A stretch of 64,000 nucleotides of DNA from Leptolyngbyaceae cyanobacterium (GTDB lineage Bacteria > Cyanobacteriota > Cyanobacteriia > Phormidesmidales > Phormidesmidaceae), in NCBI GenBank assembly GCA_965263355.1, contig CBDHHL010000011.1, positions 32,383-96,382 on the forward strand. The letters are read 5' to 3'. A model generated the notes under the pieces. The model did not search any database. It saw only the letters and a list, made by a program, of their open reading frames with translations, and was not told where the DNA came from. Position 1 is the stretch's first letter; every line of letters begins with the position of its first letter. A program made the translations under genes and the position numbers. Positions 36,979-47,059 of this stretch are shown here, one piece after another.

Positions 36979-38486
36979 CAGAACCAAAGTTCAGCTCTTA
37001 TCCATATCCTAAGGAGGGGGCCACAAGTGCCGAATGGCGAGCTTGGCTAGAAGGAATGGTGGGGGATTTATGGTATGACATTGCAGTTGAATTAACCCCT
37101 CTATTAAATAATGTGCAAGTTGAACGGTTCCCGATTGAATTTATCCCGACATTTGCCGATGTGGGCGGCAGTGGCTGGGCTCGCTTTGATGAGGGCAGCT
37201 GGCAATGCATTTCCCCTGATGACCTGCCTGCAACCATGGTTCTCGATGTTGAATCCATTGAATTGCAAGCATTCACGGCAAACGCTGATATAGATGCTTG
37301 GTTGCCTTGCCTATGCATTTGCTATGGGGCCGACGGTTATTGGTACGCATGGCAAGAGCAAAACCCAATGTATCGCTGGACGGAAACTAAGCAGCGTACT
37401 ATTCCGTTCCCAACTGGTTGCATCGTGATCACTCAGAACGGCGCTGCCCATGATTCGCAATTTCTTAGTAGTTCTTATGCAGAGTATGGACCAGAGCGTT
37501 GTCTATTTATAGATGTGATGGCCCTGGCAATGCTTGTCAGAGGCGTGCATAAAGAACAGCGATCGCAGTATGAGAAGTACAAGGTTGCGATCGCTAATGG
37601 TAAGCCTGCTCCCGATTGGGTAACTCAGGCATCCGACATGGATCTGGCCAGCTTAGCTAGTGACGTACTGGGAATTGAGATTCTGAAAACAGTTGGAGGG
37701 GAAGGGCCACAGACGCTGTTTGAATATTGTGCTCAAGATGTCTGGATAACCCTTCGATTGTTTCAAGAACTATGGCCACTGGTTGCGAATATCTATTGCC
37801 CCAGTCCAGTAATTTTGTATGGCATGGCGGCAACGACTGGGCTTAGATATCCGGTTGGTGATTGGCAAGAACTTGTTTCGTATATAGAAACTGAATATGA
37901 AAAAGCCAAAAAAATTAAGCCTAGCAAACGAGATTCTAATGATATTGCTCTAGTCAATTGGGGCAAATCACATTTGCGTACATTTCGCGATGGATACAGC
38001 GTTAACGGCATGACCAATATGGGCTTTAACCCTGCTCACGATGTATCAGGGATGCCCAAAAGCACCATCTGGAGTCATCACTGGATGATTCGGCAATTTT
38101 TAATTACTGGAGTTAGTGATCAGCCGACCACTAGTTACATGCTGTTTGAAGCTAGGGTTCCGATGCCGATTATCCCAGGGAATGCATTAGCTAAGACATT
38201 AGCCAGCCAGCCGAACATTAAAACGCATTTTGCTAAGCCCCCTGAGCCAGTGAAAGCCAACAAAAAAGCTAAGGCTGATTGGCTGCAATTAAGACCATTA
38301 ACCGATGCTATGCATGTCATGATCTGCCTGATTGACTGCTTTTGTGAAGAGTACGAAATTGACGGGTTTCTTGCAATCCCAGGGCTAGAAACATTATGGT
38401 ACGCCGTCGACTCTGCTCAGGAAAAAGAGTTTCAAGAATGCATCGCTAAAGCTCAAAGTTTAGTTTACAAATTGATGGCTGATTGA
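36948..38486 (+). CDS. DNA polymerase gamma-like protein: intact 3'-5' exonuclease, degenerate polymerase domain
   Basis: GWARF..VLDVE (ExoI), NGAAHD (ExoII), YCAQDVW..CPSPVILYGM (ExoIII plus Pol gamma-type linker); C-terminal DAMHVM..EEYEIDG resembles the Pol gamma motif C region but lacks HDE. Confidence 0.8.
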   Translation: MSATTITRPITEPKFSSYPYPKEGATSAEWRAWLEGMVGDLWYDIAVELTPLLNNVQVERFPIEFIPTFADVGGSGWARFDEGSWQCISPDDLPATMVLDVESIELQAFTANADIDAWLPCLCICYGADGYWYAWQEQNPMYRWTETKQRTIPFPTGCIVITQNGAAHDSQFLSSSYAEYGPERCLFIDVMALAMLVRGVHKEQRSQYEKYKVAIANGKPAPDWVTQASDMDLASLASDVLGIEILKTVGGEGPQTLFEYCAQDVWITLRLFQELWPLVANIYCPSPVILYGMAATTGLRYPVGDWQELVSYIETEYEKAKKIKPSKRDSNDIALVNWGKSHLRTFRDGYSVNGMTNMGFNPAHDVSGMPKSTIWSHHWMIRQFLITGVSDQPTTSYMLFEARVPMPIIPGNALAKTLASQPNIKTHFAKPPEPVKANKKAKADWLQLRPLTDAMHVMICLIDCFCEEYEIDGFLAIPGLETLWYAVDSAQEKEFQECIAKAQSLVYKLMAD

Positions 38487-38562
38487 GCGAAAAATCTAAA
38501 TAACCCTTTCACAGCATGGGTTTGACAGATCTTGGGAAAAAATTTGATGTTTATATTTTTGT

Positions 38563-39417
38563 GTGATAGTGAACAACCTAATTATTGTTGATACGTCTGT
38601 GATCGCCTTCCAAATGTCGGCCCAGATTGACAAGGCAGGCCTAACCGAAACTAATGCTAAAGTTTACGCCTACATGGCGGCAGAATGGGTTAATTCACTA
38701 GGCTGGATTCCCGCGTTGCAATCAACTGGTAAATGCGTTTGGGCAATTGACTCTAAGCCCTACTGGCGTAATCAGCTATTCCCCGATTACAAAGCAGGCC
38801 GCAAACCTAAACCCGCATCATTCCATACTGCGATGGAGGGCATATTAAGCAGCAGTGCTTCTTTGATTGATATAAAATCACAAGAAGCCGACGACGTAGC
38901 CGCTGCTATTGTTCGGCTATGGCTAGATAGCAGCTCAGGATTGATCGATCAAATCTATTTGGCTACCGTTGATAGTGACTGGCATGGGTTAGTCCAAAAC
39001 CCTGATATTTTTTGGTTAAATACTCGCAACCACCCTCCACGCGTTCGAAGTCGAGAAGAGATATTTAATTGGCTTTGCAGCAAATGGAACCAGCAATCTA
39101 AGAAACGTCAGAAATGGTGGGCATTGCCTAGCTATCAATCATTTAGATGTGATGATGTTTGGCGATGGAAAATAGCAGTCGGCGATAAAGCCGATAACTT
39201 AAGCGATGGTTCAGCAAAATACTTAATTGATTTACTGCGACCCCCCAAACAATTTGATATCCTAGAATCAAAGGAATCTGTAAATACTATTTACAGAGGA
39301 GTAAATTTAGCAAGTAAGCCTGATTTGAGCCTTGCTCATGAATGTAAGCAGGGTATGTTGTCACTAGGGGCACTTCCCCCCATCGAAATAATTAGCCTGA
39401 AAGTTTTAGTTTCATAG
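38563..39417 (+). CDS. 5'-3' exonuclease / flap endonuclease (T5 exo / T4 RNase H-like)
   Basis: IIVD, WAID..YWRNQLFPDYKAGR, EADDVAA, TVDSDW, GDKADNL. Confidence 0.9.
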   Translation: MIVNNLIIVDTSVIAFQMSAQIDKAGLTETNAKVYAYMAAEWVNSLGWIPALQSTGKCVWAIDSKPYWRNQLFPDYKAGRKPKPASFHTAMEGILSSSASLIDIKSQEADDVAAAIVRLWLDSSSGLIDQIYLATVDSDWHGLVQNPDIFWLNTRNHPPRVRSREEIFNWLCSKWNQQSKKRQKWWALPSYQSFRCDDVWRWKIAVGDKADNLSDGSAKYLIDLLRPPKQFDILESKESVNTIYRGVNLASKPDLSLAHECKQGMLSLGALPPIEIISLKVLVS

Positions 39418-39427
39418 TTTAACGGCC

Positions 39428-39781
39428 ATGAGAGCATCAACGCAATATAAACAAAGATTATCAGAGCTGCTATCGAAAAAGATACTTAAAGCAGCTGGAA
39501 TTGATGCAACGGTTCGAGACCTAAGCGATCGCTGCGATGGACTAGCAAGTCATCAAACAATTGCGGCTTGGCGTTCTGGCAATTATGTTAAGCAACTAGA
39601 CGACTTTTCTTTTCAGGCATTAGAAAAGATTTTGGCCCATAGAGGGCTAAAGGCTCATGAAATTAGCTACTATCTTGAGCATGGTGTTTGGCTAGAGAAA
39701 AAACAGTCCAAAAGGCTAGGCAGCCTTTGGCAGAAGCGAGAGCAGATTAATCAATCAATTCAACAGTTTGCGGCAATTTAG
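39428..39781 (+). CDS. Putative HTH DNA-binding protein
   Basis: TVRDLSDRC..SHQTIAAWRSG. Confidence 0.5.
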   Translation: MRASTQYKQRLSELLSKKILKAAGIDATVRDLSDRCDGLASHQTIAAWRSGNYVKQLDDFSFQALEKILAHRGLKAHEISYYLEHGVWLEKKQSKRLGSLWQKREQINQSIQQFAAI

Positions 39782-39811
39782 TATTGACAGATTTGGAAAT
39801 AACATCCATAA

Positions 39812-40048
39812 TTGGAATTGAACACTTTCCAAAAAAGGAAAATGACACTAAAAGAAAAAGGCGGTGACTCTTGGTCTATTTATCTGCCAGAGAAAGGCTA
39901 CCAGGGGCACATAGAACTTAATTGGAACCCTATTATCACAAGTAAGTATTGCCTTGACTTGGGGTATTCAAACCATCAGACGCTGTATTACGGCAGTTTC
40001 GAACAGCTGTCTAAAAAAGCAGCTGAGATTCTTTGTGAGCGTACATGA
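39812..40048 (+). CDS. Hypothetical protein
   Basis: Short ORF overlapping the ArsR gene. Confidence 0.4.
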   Translation: MELNTFQKRKMTLKEKGGDSWSIYLPEKGYQGHIELNWNPIITSKYCLDLGYSNHQTLYYGSFEQLSKKAAEILCERT

Positions 40049-40295
40049 TTGTCTTTCGGCGCTTGCTAACCCTGGCCGACTAGAAGTGATGCAAGTGCTG
40101 AAAAGACAAGGCGTGCTCACTAGCGGCGAGGTTGCGATCGCCTTAGGTGTGCATCATCCTACGGCTTCTAGGCATTTGAGGCAGTTAGAAGCTGCGGGTC
40201 TTGTGACTGGTGTAAGACGGTCGAGTTTCGTCGATTACACCAGGAATGAGCAGGGCATTAGAGAGTTTATTAAACAACTAGCAGAGGAATTGTAA
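40035..40295 (+). CDS. ArsR/SmtB-family HTH regulator
   Basis: ALANPGRLEVM..GEVAIALG..TASRHLRQLEAAGLV..Y. Confidence 0.85.
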   Translation: MSVHDCLSALANPGRLEVMQVLKRQGVLTSGEVAIALGVHHPTASRHLRQLEAAGLVTGVRRSSFVDYTRNEQGIREFIKQLAEEL

Positions 40296-40618
40296 TGAAA
40301 AACGAATGCATTGATCTAGCTGATAAGTTGCATCAGATTAAGTTAGATATATTAGCGACATCTAATTTAATTGCTGGCATTAATAAAACGATGTCACTAA
40401 AGCTTACTGAATTAAGCCAGGAAGTTAATAGTGATAAAACGTTAAAAAATGCAGACGCTCGCAAAGCTGCATTAAGCCATCTAACAAGCACGAACGAAGA
40501 GTATATCAATCTCGACGCTGAATTGTGTCAAAAAAATAACGAAAAAGCTCTTCTCGAAATTGAAAAACAACATCTTTCAGATTTACTGAAAATACATTTA
40601 GCTTTTTCTGATCAGTAA
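40295..40618 (+). CDS. Hypothetical coiled-coil protein
   Basis: LKNADARKAAL motif; coupled to the ArsR gene. Confidence 0.6.
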   Translation: MKNECIDLADKLHQIKLDILATSNLIAGINKTMSLKLTELSQEVNSDKTLKNADARKAALSHLTSTNEEYINLDAELCQKNNEKALLEIEKQHLSDLLKIHLAFSDQ

Positions 40619-40809
40619 AAGTCTTTTCTCTGAAAAAGGTAGGGATTGACAATAGACCAGTTTTAGAAATTGGAGTTGATTTGGCGAATAGGAGTTGCAG
40701 TAGTGGATCAAGTTACATATTTCCAGTCTTCAGATGGTTTTTGGACATGGAAAACAAATATTCTAGTGTCTGACCGATGCTTCGCGACTCAAGAAGAAGC
40801 TATCTTGAG

Positions 40810-42267
40810 TTAGGGGTTGTTAAGGGGGATAGGGCAGAGGACTCGCACTTTCAGTGCTGTGGTGAATGCCAGTCCCCCTTAACTTTACGAAAACTTAATT
40901 CTACTAGCTAACACATCTCTAGTAGAACCAGTTATACTAAGGGTATGCTAACACTGAACTACCAATATCGTTTATATCCCGATGCTGAACAAGAGATGAT
41001 CTTGTGTGACTGGCTCGAAACGTCTAGAAGCGTTTACAACTATGCTTTAAGACAGATTAAAGACTGGTCAAACAGCCGGAAATGTCCGATTGATCGGTGT
41101 TCAATCGTTAGTGAATACGTCCTAGCAGCGGATGAGCCGTATCCGTCAGAAGTCAGACAAATCAACGCTTTGTCTAAAGCCAAAAAAGATAAACCACGAC
41201 TAAAAACGGTTCCTGCTCAGAACTTACAGCAGGTCATTAAGCGACTTCACAGATCGTTTGATTTCATGCGTGAGAGAGGTTTCGGGTATCCACGGTTCAA
41301 AAAGCATGGTCAATTTAGATCGACCTTGTTTCCTCAGTTCAAGGCATCCCCGCTGGATGAAAAGAACGGAATACTAAAGCTTCCCAAGCTAGGAAAAGTG
41401 ACTATTAATCTTCACCGACCGATACCGGAAGGGTTCAAGATTAAAAATTGTCGCGTCATTAAAAAGGCCGATCAATGGTATGTGAATATCTGCATCCAAT
41501 GTGCTGTAGACGTTCCGACTATTGGTTTCCACGGTCACGCTATTGGCGTTGACCTTGGGTTAGATTACCTTGTCGCAACCTCAGATGGCTTACAGATAAA
41601 GCGTTCCCGTTTCTTAGTTAAAGCCGAACGCAAGCTTAAATTGCTGCAACGTCGCTTAGCGAGAAAACAAAAAGGGTCGTCAAATTATCGTAAGCAACAA
41701 CTGAAGATTGCACGATTTCACCGTCACGTAGCGGCACAACGTAGAGATCATCATTACAAACTGGCTCACCAGTTGTTAGATGGGTGCGACTCGATATTTT
41801 TTGAAGACATTGATTTTCGGATCATGGCTAAAGGAATGTTGGGTAAGCATACACTTGATGCCGGACTCGGTGAATTACGTCAGATTACGAAAGTAGTCGC
41901 GTTTAAGCGTGGGAAATTCTTTGATACGGTTGATCATCGTGGAACTTCCCAAGAATGCCCAGACTGCGGAGCTACCGTCAGAAAGACCCTTGCTGATAGA
42001 ATTCACAATTGCACTGAATGCGGTTCAGTCAAGCCTAGGGACGTGGCTAGCGGTCAAGTGATTCGCAATCGTGGCGTAGAGAAAAATCATTTTTTACCCG
42101 TGGATAATCGGGAACTGGAAACAGCCTGAGCAATCGATCTGCCGGGGCGGTAAAACGCTAGGTAAGTGGTGCAAGCCGAGTATTCGGAATAACCAGGAAA
42201 TCTCAACTGAAACGAATCAGTTCGATAAAGTTGGGAAGCCCCCACTTTCAGTGGGGGAGGATGTCAC
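40810..42267 (+). mobile_element. Non-autonomous IS200/IS605-family element (tnpB only)
   Basis: Hairpin core CACTTTCAGTG shared by the left end (40846-40856) and right end (42243-42253); right end finishes ..GGATGTCAC; TTGAG immediately upstream. Confidence 0.8.
40945..42129 (+). CDS. tnpB: RNA-guided endonuclease TnpB
   Basis: YQYRLYP; RuvC motifs GVDLG, FFEDID, PRDVASGQVI; CPDC..CTEC. Confidence 0.95.
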   Translation: MLTLNYQYRLYPDAEQEMILCDWLETSRSVYNYALRQIKDWSNSRKCPIDRCSIVSEYVLAADEPYPSEVRQINALSKAKKDKPRLKTVPAQNLQQVIKRLHRSFDFMRERGFGYPRFKKHGQFRSTLFPQFKASPLDEKNGILKLPKLGKVTINLHRPIPEGFKIKNCRVIKKADQWYVNICIQCAVDVPTIGFHGHAIGVDLGLDYLVATSDGLQIKRSRFLVKAERKLKLLQRRLARKQKGSSNYRKQQLKIARFHRHVAAQRRDHHYKLAHQLLDGCDSIFFEDIDFRIMAKGMLGKHTLDAGLGELRQITKVVAFKRGKFFDTVDHRGTSQECPDCGATVRKTLADRIHNCTECGSVKPRDVASGQVIRNRGVEKNHFLPVDNRELETA

Positions 42268-42434
42268 TGGAAATGTTCGGAAAAAGTCAAGATTATGAAG
42301 CAGAAGCTACAGACGTTCAAGTTCAAGATAAATAATGGTCCAACGGTTGAATACGTTTACCAAGATTATGCTCAAGCCTTGAGAGAGGCAAGGGCCGATA
42401 ATCCAGGGGCAACAGTGACTAAGGTTTAATGCTA

Positions 42435-42468
42435 AAAGGCTCAGGATTTTATTAAGTCCTGAGCCTTT
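42435..42468 (+). terminator. Intrinsic terminator
   Basis: AAAGGCTCAGGA/TCCTGAGCCTTT inverted repeat. Confidence 0.65.
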
Positions 42469-42539
42469 ATAATATTCATGCCCGCTGCTTTTGCAATATA
42501 AGATGCCTAAGGCTGGCAGCGGGCTTATCGAGACTTTTC

Positions 42540-42800
42540 ATGAAACTTATATTTTGTCCAAAATGCGAAGATATCAGAGCTTTGGCCTATGGACTTCGTT
42601 ATTGCTCCTGTGCTAGCTCTTGGGGTCATTATCGACGCGATGGACTAAGCGCTGTTATTGGTGGTGACGCTATCCCGTTGGGGTTAAATAATCAAAGCTT
42701 CGTTAAGGCACTCAAAAATAGGCCAGCGCAAGGTCTAGGTCAACGGTTTGAAGCATTCGTTATTCCTGAAAATTGTCCTACAGTGATGGATGAAGGTTGA
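42540..42800 (+). CDS. Small Cys-motif phage protein
   Basis: MKLIFCPKCED..CSC. Confidence 0.65.
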   Translation: MKLIFCPKCEDIRALAYGLRYCSCASSWGHYRRDGLSAVIGGDAIPLGLNNQSFVKALKNRPAQGLGQRFEAFVIPENCPTVMDEG

Positions 42801-42832
42801 ATTAAAACCTCAAACAAATAGCAGTGAAGTAA

Positions 42833-43249
42833 CTAGTCAGCTGTGCTCGCGAACCATCCAACAGGTATAAATTCATTCAGTACCCATAAATAGCGCATAT
42901 TCGCGTCGTTCACAATGTTGCAGTCAGCTGGATATATTTCTACGGCCATCAAATCCCCATAACCGCACCAACGCTTAATCTCCTGCAATTCATCCCAAGA
43001 AATCCCATCAGCAAACTTGCGGCACATGCCTAGCTCAGCCTTGGTAACGCTAATTCTAACAACGCCATTGGGCTCCAGGTAAAGCTGGACAAAGAACTTG
43101 CGACCTCTTAGCACTCTAAAGGGTGGCTTGCCCTTGGTTGTTGGCCACTTTTCTTTAGGGATTTCAACCAGCCCGTTTTTGGGGTATTCTGCCGACTCGC
43201 TTTTTAAGTGCTCGCGAGCCATTTTTCTAAATGCTTTGGTTTTACTCAT
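42833..43249 (-). CDS. Conserved phage protein of unknown function
   Basis: ISWDELQEIK..AVEIYP..VNDANMRYLW, a motif typical of a widespread phage family. Confidence 0.7.
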   Translation of the reverse strand: MSKTKAFRKMAREHLKSESAEYPKNGLVEIPKEKWPTTKGKPPFRVLRGRKFFVQLYLEPNGVVRISVTKAELGMCRKFADGISWDELQEIKRWCGYGDLMAVEIYPADCNIVNDANMRYLWVLNEFIPVGWFASTAD

Positions 43250-43665
43250 TTCTTATTTTTTCTTTCAACCACGCCCGCACACTGGCCTTATGCTGCGGAT
43301 AGGCTCGACTGATGCATAAAGCCCGCTGCTTAGGCTCACAGTATGGATTGAGGCAAGGGCAGATGTGCTGCCCCCATTGTTCGTATTCAGCGTCAGATAG
43401 TTTGGTCATTCGACCAACTCCTGCATGGAGGCTTCCTCAGTCAGTCGCTCGATCTCGCGATTCGCAGCCTCTTTGTCTGACGCACGGTTGCCAAACTCTT
43501 TAAGTGTTTGCTGCAGCTTCGTTCCCTGAATGATGGGGAATTTATTCAATAAATGTTCTCTACAATCTGCATCGTCATCTTTGGCCAATGCATCTAACCG
43601 GCAATAGTGTTGATGCATGAGCGCACCGCAAAGGTGGTAAATAAGTTGCTTCAGGTCGTCTTCGT

Positions 43666-43875
43666 TCATTTGGCTAACGGCAAATCTACCAGGTTCACCC
43701 AATCACTTGGGTCAAAGTCAGCATCTTCTGCCTTAATAAGGCGAATCATCAGCGAGCTACCCTGGGTCTCTAACACCAAAGATAGCCCGTTACCCTCAAA
43801 TAATTCATCCAGATCCCTTAGAAACGCTTTGAACCATAGGTCTTGTATTTCTTGATTGATTTGCTGCTTACTCAT
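43666..43875 (-). CDS. Hypothetical protein
   Basis: GAGGA RBS upstream. Confidence 0.5.
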   Translation of the reverse strand: MSKQQINQEIQDLWFKAFLRDLDELFEGNGLSLVLETQGSSLMIRLIKAEDADFDPSDWVNLVDLPLAK

Positions 43876-43944
43876 CTTTCCTCATGCCTGACTGCAGACA
43901 GCAGCCAAGTCCATTTATGCCAGCCAATGGCGCACAATATTTTT

Positions 43945-44316
43945 TTAATCATTTCTATCAATCATCGACATAATAACGTCTTCACACTCGCTTTCTTCTG
44001 GGATAAATGTTTTTGAAACACGCCGAATTTTTTCAAACAATGCGTCTATTGTCTTAGTCTGCTCAAACGTTGATAGCTCACTAAGCATATCCCCATTTAA
44101 CAGACACTCGTCAATCAAAACATTGTTTTTAGTGACATGGACTTTTACAGTGGCCCCAATCAAACCACTTAACCAAGAAGCGAACGCCCAGGCATTCCCT
44201 CTTTGCGTTGATTCAGCAGTGATAATCAACAAACTGTTTGATTTTCGTAAAACGATTTCTAGTTTGGTTGAGTATTCGGTAGATTCTGTTTTTAATTCTT
44301 TCAATATATAAGTCAT
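43945..44316 (-). CDS. Hypothetical protein
   Basis: 123-aa ORF. Confidence 0.55.
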   Translation of the reverse strand: MTYILKELKTESTEYSTKLEIVLRKSNSLLIITAESTQRGNAWAFASWLSGLIGATVKVHVTKNNVLIDECLLNGDMLSELSTFEQTKTIDALFEKIRRVSKTFIPEESECEDVIMSMIDRND

Positions 44317-44437
44317 GGCTTAAAAACTTGAATTCAATATCTGTTCAGCCTGTTTATTTACTTTTGCGATCTCTTGCAGCTTAACCAGTCTCATGGTCTT
44401 TTTGCACGGTTTTAATTTTCTTGAGCGAACCAACGGT

Positions 44438-44647
44438 TTATTTTTCATGGTTTCTTGGATGTGACGCGACATTATCCAAATACTTTTGATATTCAGAACT
44501 ATATAAATAATTCCTGAGCAACGTGATCGCTGCTGACGTTGGCGAATCGACTCCAGCCAACGTCATATAGGAACGAATGGCGGCTGCCATCCCTGGATCG
44601 ATTATGCCTTGGATGCGCAAAGTCTTGTCAGGTTCATTCGTTCCCAT
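44438..44647 (-). CDS. Small putative regulator divergent from the ATPase operon
   Basis: RHH-like LRIQGIIDP..AIRSYM..SAAITLLRNYL. Confidence 0.45.
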   Translation of the reverse strand: MGTNEPDKTLRIQGIIDPGMAAAIRSYMTLAGVDSPTSAAITLLRNYLYSSEYQKYLDNVASHPRNHEK

Positions 44648-44697
44648 ATTAGTATAGATTGAGTTAAACTAAGCTGAATTCAGTATCAATTAAGTGT

Positions 44698-45150
44698 ATG
44701 CTAGACCAGAGACTTCAGCAACTTGGCGTCATTACGGACCTAACTAACGTAAAGCCCGAAGATGTAACGGCAATGGCTCAGTCTGCTGAGCTAGCAAAAG
44801 TACAGGCTCAGTATGCCATCGTTTACGCTAGGGCTGTTAAATCTAAGCTCAGGTCTATCTCTAAAACGGTTAAAACCCAGGCTGATTTATATAAGACAGC
44901 TGACGAGCAACTTAGAGAAATTGACAAACAAAAATTACAAATGCTGAAGTCTGTCCTAGGCCATCAAGGGCATATGACCACTATGGAGGCTAAGGCAGAA
45001 ACTGTTAAGCAGCTATCCCAAGCTAAAGCGGCTAGTGATGTTGAAGTTGAGCAGACAAAGCGTCAGCGACTCTTAATTGAGCTAGGCAGAAAACATCACA
45101 AGCGGTTGCAGGGCGGGAAACAAAAAGGACTGAGGAGATTATTTAGCTAA
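44698..45150 (+). CDS. Coiled-coil protein
   Basis: K/Q/A-rich helical sequence. Confidence 0.65.
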   Translation: MLDQRLQQLGVITDLTNVKPEDVTAMAQSAELAKVQAQYAIVYARAVKSKLRSISKTVKTQADLYKTADEQLREIDKQKLQMLKSVLGHQGHMTTMEAKAETVKQLSQAKAASDVEVEQTKRQRLLIELGRKHHKRLQGGKQKGLRRLFS

Positions 45151-45560
45151 TGGATTTACAACAACAATTATTCAACGCACAACCGCCATTACAGACACCG
45201 CAGTTAACCGTATGGGGCCGCTCCCGTCGTGCATGCCTTTATGTAGGGATGGCATCGCTTAGCTGCTTTTTGACGCAGCTGGCTAGGACTATGCCGCCTA
45301 TTGCCCCTGTGATTGGTATCGCTATGGGAGCTAGCGCGATCGCGTTATTGGCATGGGCGGCACTAACGCCAGGTGATCAACGATTGTCTATTACTTTGGC
45401 GGGCTTGGCTAAATTGTCAGGGATTGCATTAGGGTCTTGGGATGCTGCTGAAATATTGCAGTTAGTCGGGCTTAAGCACTGGGTAGCAATTGTAGTTATC
45501 GGAATTATTGGAGCATTTGTATTTTTGAGCGAGGGCCGGAACAATGGACGGAAGGATTAA
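45150..45560 (+). CDS. 4-TM membrane protein
   Basis: Four hydrophobic segments; translationally coupled. Confidence 0.7.
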   Translation: MDLQQQLFNAQPPLQTPQLTVWGRSRRACLYVGMASLSCFLTQLARTMPPIAPVIGIAMGASAIALLAWAALTPGDQRLSITLAGLAKLSGIALGSWDAAEILQLVGLKHWVAIVVIGIIGAFVFLSEGRNNGRKD

Positions 45561-46755
45561 AGCTGCAATCGTTGGGGCCGCGTCGGTTAGCCTCACCCTT
45601 TTAGCAGGCGTAGGGCGACTAGAACCCACGTATACCCTGCAAGATGGACAGCAAGTCAGTTCATGGGCTGTTGCTCAATCGACTAATAAACAAGTTATTG
45701 ACGTTAGCCCTAGCTATGGTTGGCTAAAGATTATCGCCTCTGCAGCTGGGTTCGGTATGGCAACATGGGCATTTTTTCTGGTTGGCAAAGCTGAGGAGTT
45801 TGAAGAAACCAGACTGGCGACTCAGGCTGTAATTTTAGACGCTGAAGTTCAACAGCAACAGTTAATTACTGCAAGTGAATTAGAGGCAATGCGACCCGTT
45901 GCTGAGTCAGCAGCCGCGACAAAAGCTGAGGCTAAATTAGCTGAATTATCAGTCAAAGGAGCTATGGCACTGCCTAAGGTTCAAGCCGAACCCGCAGCTA
46001 AACCGGCTGAAAGGACGAAGCCAACCGCATTTTTAACATTATTAAAATCGCCATTCATCTCTAGAGCTATCTTTGGAGGGCAGAGAACGGGTAAAAGTTA
46101 CCTGGCAGCTTGTGCTTCACTCGCATTACATCGGCTACAGCAAACTAAAGTTTTTCACATAAATCTATGCAGCTATGGCGAAGAAGAAGACGGCGTATAC
46201 TGGCAGCACGCAAAATCTGTCCGCTGCGATTTATCCTCTGTCGATGCCAATACTGCCGTCAATAAAATTCAGGATGCGATCGCGTTAGTGCTGGAATGGT
46301 TTCAGGAGCCAAACAGCTTATTAATATTTGACGAACTGGCTTACACGGGTTCAGTTAGTAATATCTATTCAGAGACACTAGATCAGTTGATGCATGTTGT
46401 CGCTGATAAAATTGCAACTTTAACCAGTGCAGGCGCAAAAAGACAACGGGCTATTTGGACGCTTGCACCAGAGTTCACGGCAACGACCCTGGTAGATGAT
46501 GCTAAGGCAGTGAAAAAATTGAATCTTTGTTACGTCTCCGTATCGCCTACAGATTCTGTCGAATGGAAAGGGCAGACCTTTACATTTGACAAGGGACTTT
46601 ATGAACAAGTTGCCAGAAACTTCAAGGGAATTACAATGCCGCCCGTCTCCGCAGATTTAGCGGGCCATTCTCGCATCTGCTTTATCGACGGGTCTTGGAT
46701 GCCGGTGGGTGTTGATCAGCACACATTAGCTAAGTACAGCGCTCAAAAAGTTTAA
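45544..46755 (+). CDS. Membrane-anchored P-loop ATPase (FtsK/HerA/TraB-like architecture)
   Basis: Two N-terminal TMs, a linker, Walker A GGQRTGKS and Walker B LLIFDE. Confidence 0.75.
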   Translation: MDGRIKAAIVGAASVSLTLLAGVGRLEPTYTLQDGQQVSSWAVAQSTNKQVIDVSPSYGWLKIIASAAGFGMATWAFFLVGKAEEFEETRLATQAVILDAEVQQQQLITASELEAMRPVAESAAATKAEAKLAELSVKGAMALPKVQAEPAAKPAERTKPTAFLTLLKSPFISRAIFGGQRTGKSYLAACASLALHRLQQTKVFHINLCSYGEEEDGVYWQHAKSVRCDLSSVDANTAVNKIQDAIALVLEWFQEPNSLLIFDELAYTGSVSNIYSETLDQLMHVVADKIATLTSAGAKRQRAIWTLAPEFTATTLVDDAKAVKKLNLCYVSVSPTDSVEWKGQTFTFDKGLYEQVARNFKGITMPPVSADLAGHSRICFIDGSWMPVGVDQHTLAKYSAQKV

Positions 46756-46782
46756 CCGCATGACACAACTAAATATTTTTTC

Positions 46783-46814
46783 AGCCCATTTTTACCCAAA
46801 AAGATGGGCTTTTT
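46783..46814 (+). terminator. Intrinsic terminator
   Basis: AGCCCAT/ATGGGCT hairpin plus T-tract. Confidence 0.65.
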
Positions 46815-47059
46815 GCTGCAAATCTGATTTTTTGTCCTTAACCCCTTACGAGGACCCTTTACAGCCTAGAACCCTTTCCAGTCAAAGAATCCACCCTAAG
46901 TCAGAATAATTCTGTGAAGCATATTATACAACTAAAACGGTAGCGAATTATACAGAACAAGGCAAAGACATCGAGTGTATACCGCACGCACCAGAAATAA
47001 ACCGTTGACAGGCTAGTTTTTACTGCTAAGATACTGACAGAAAGTCAAAAAGCAGTAAG

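Noticed and set aside
36948..38486. Functional replicative DNA polymerase, or one split by an intron/frameshift
   Set aside because: Motif A/C aspartates and motif B were not found, the ORF runs continuously to the motif C-like end, and no adjacent frame supplies the missing parts
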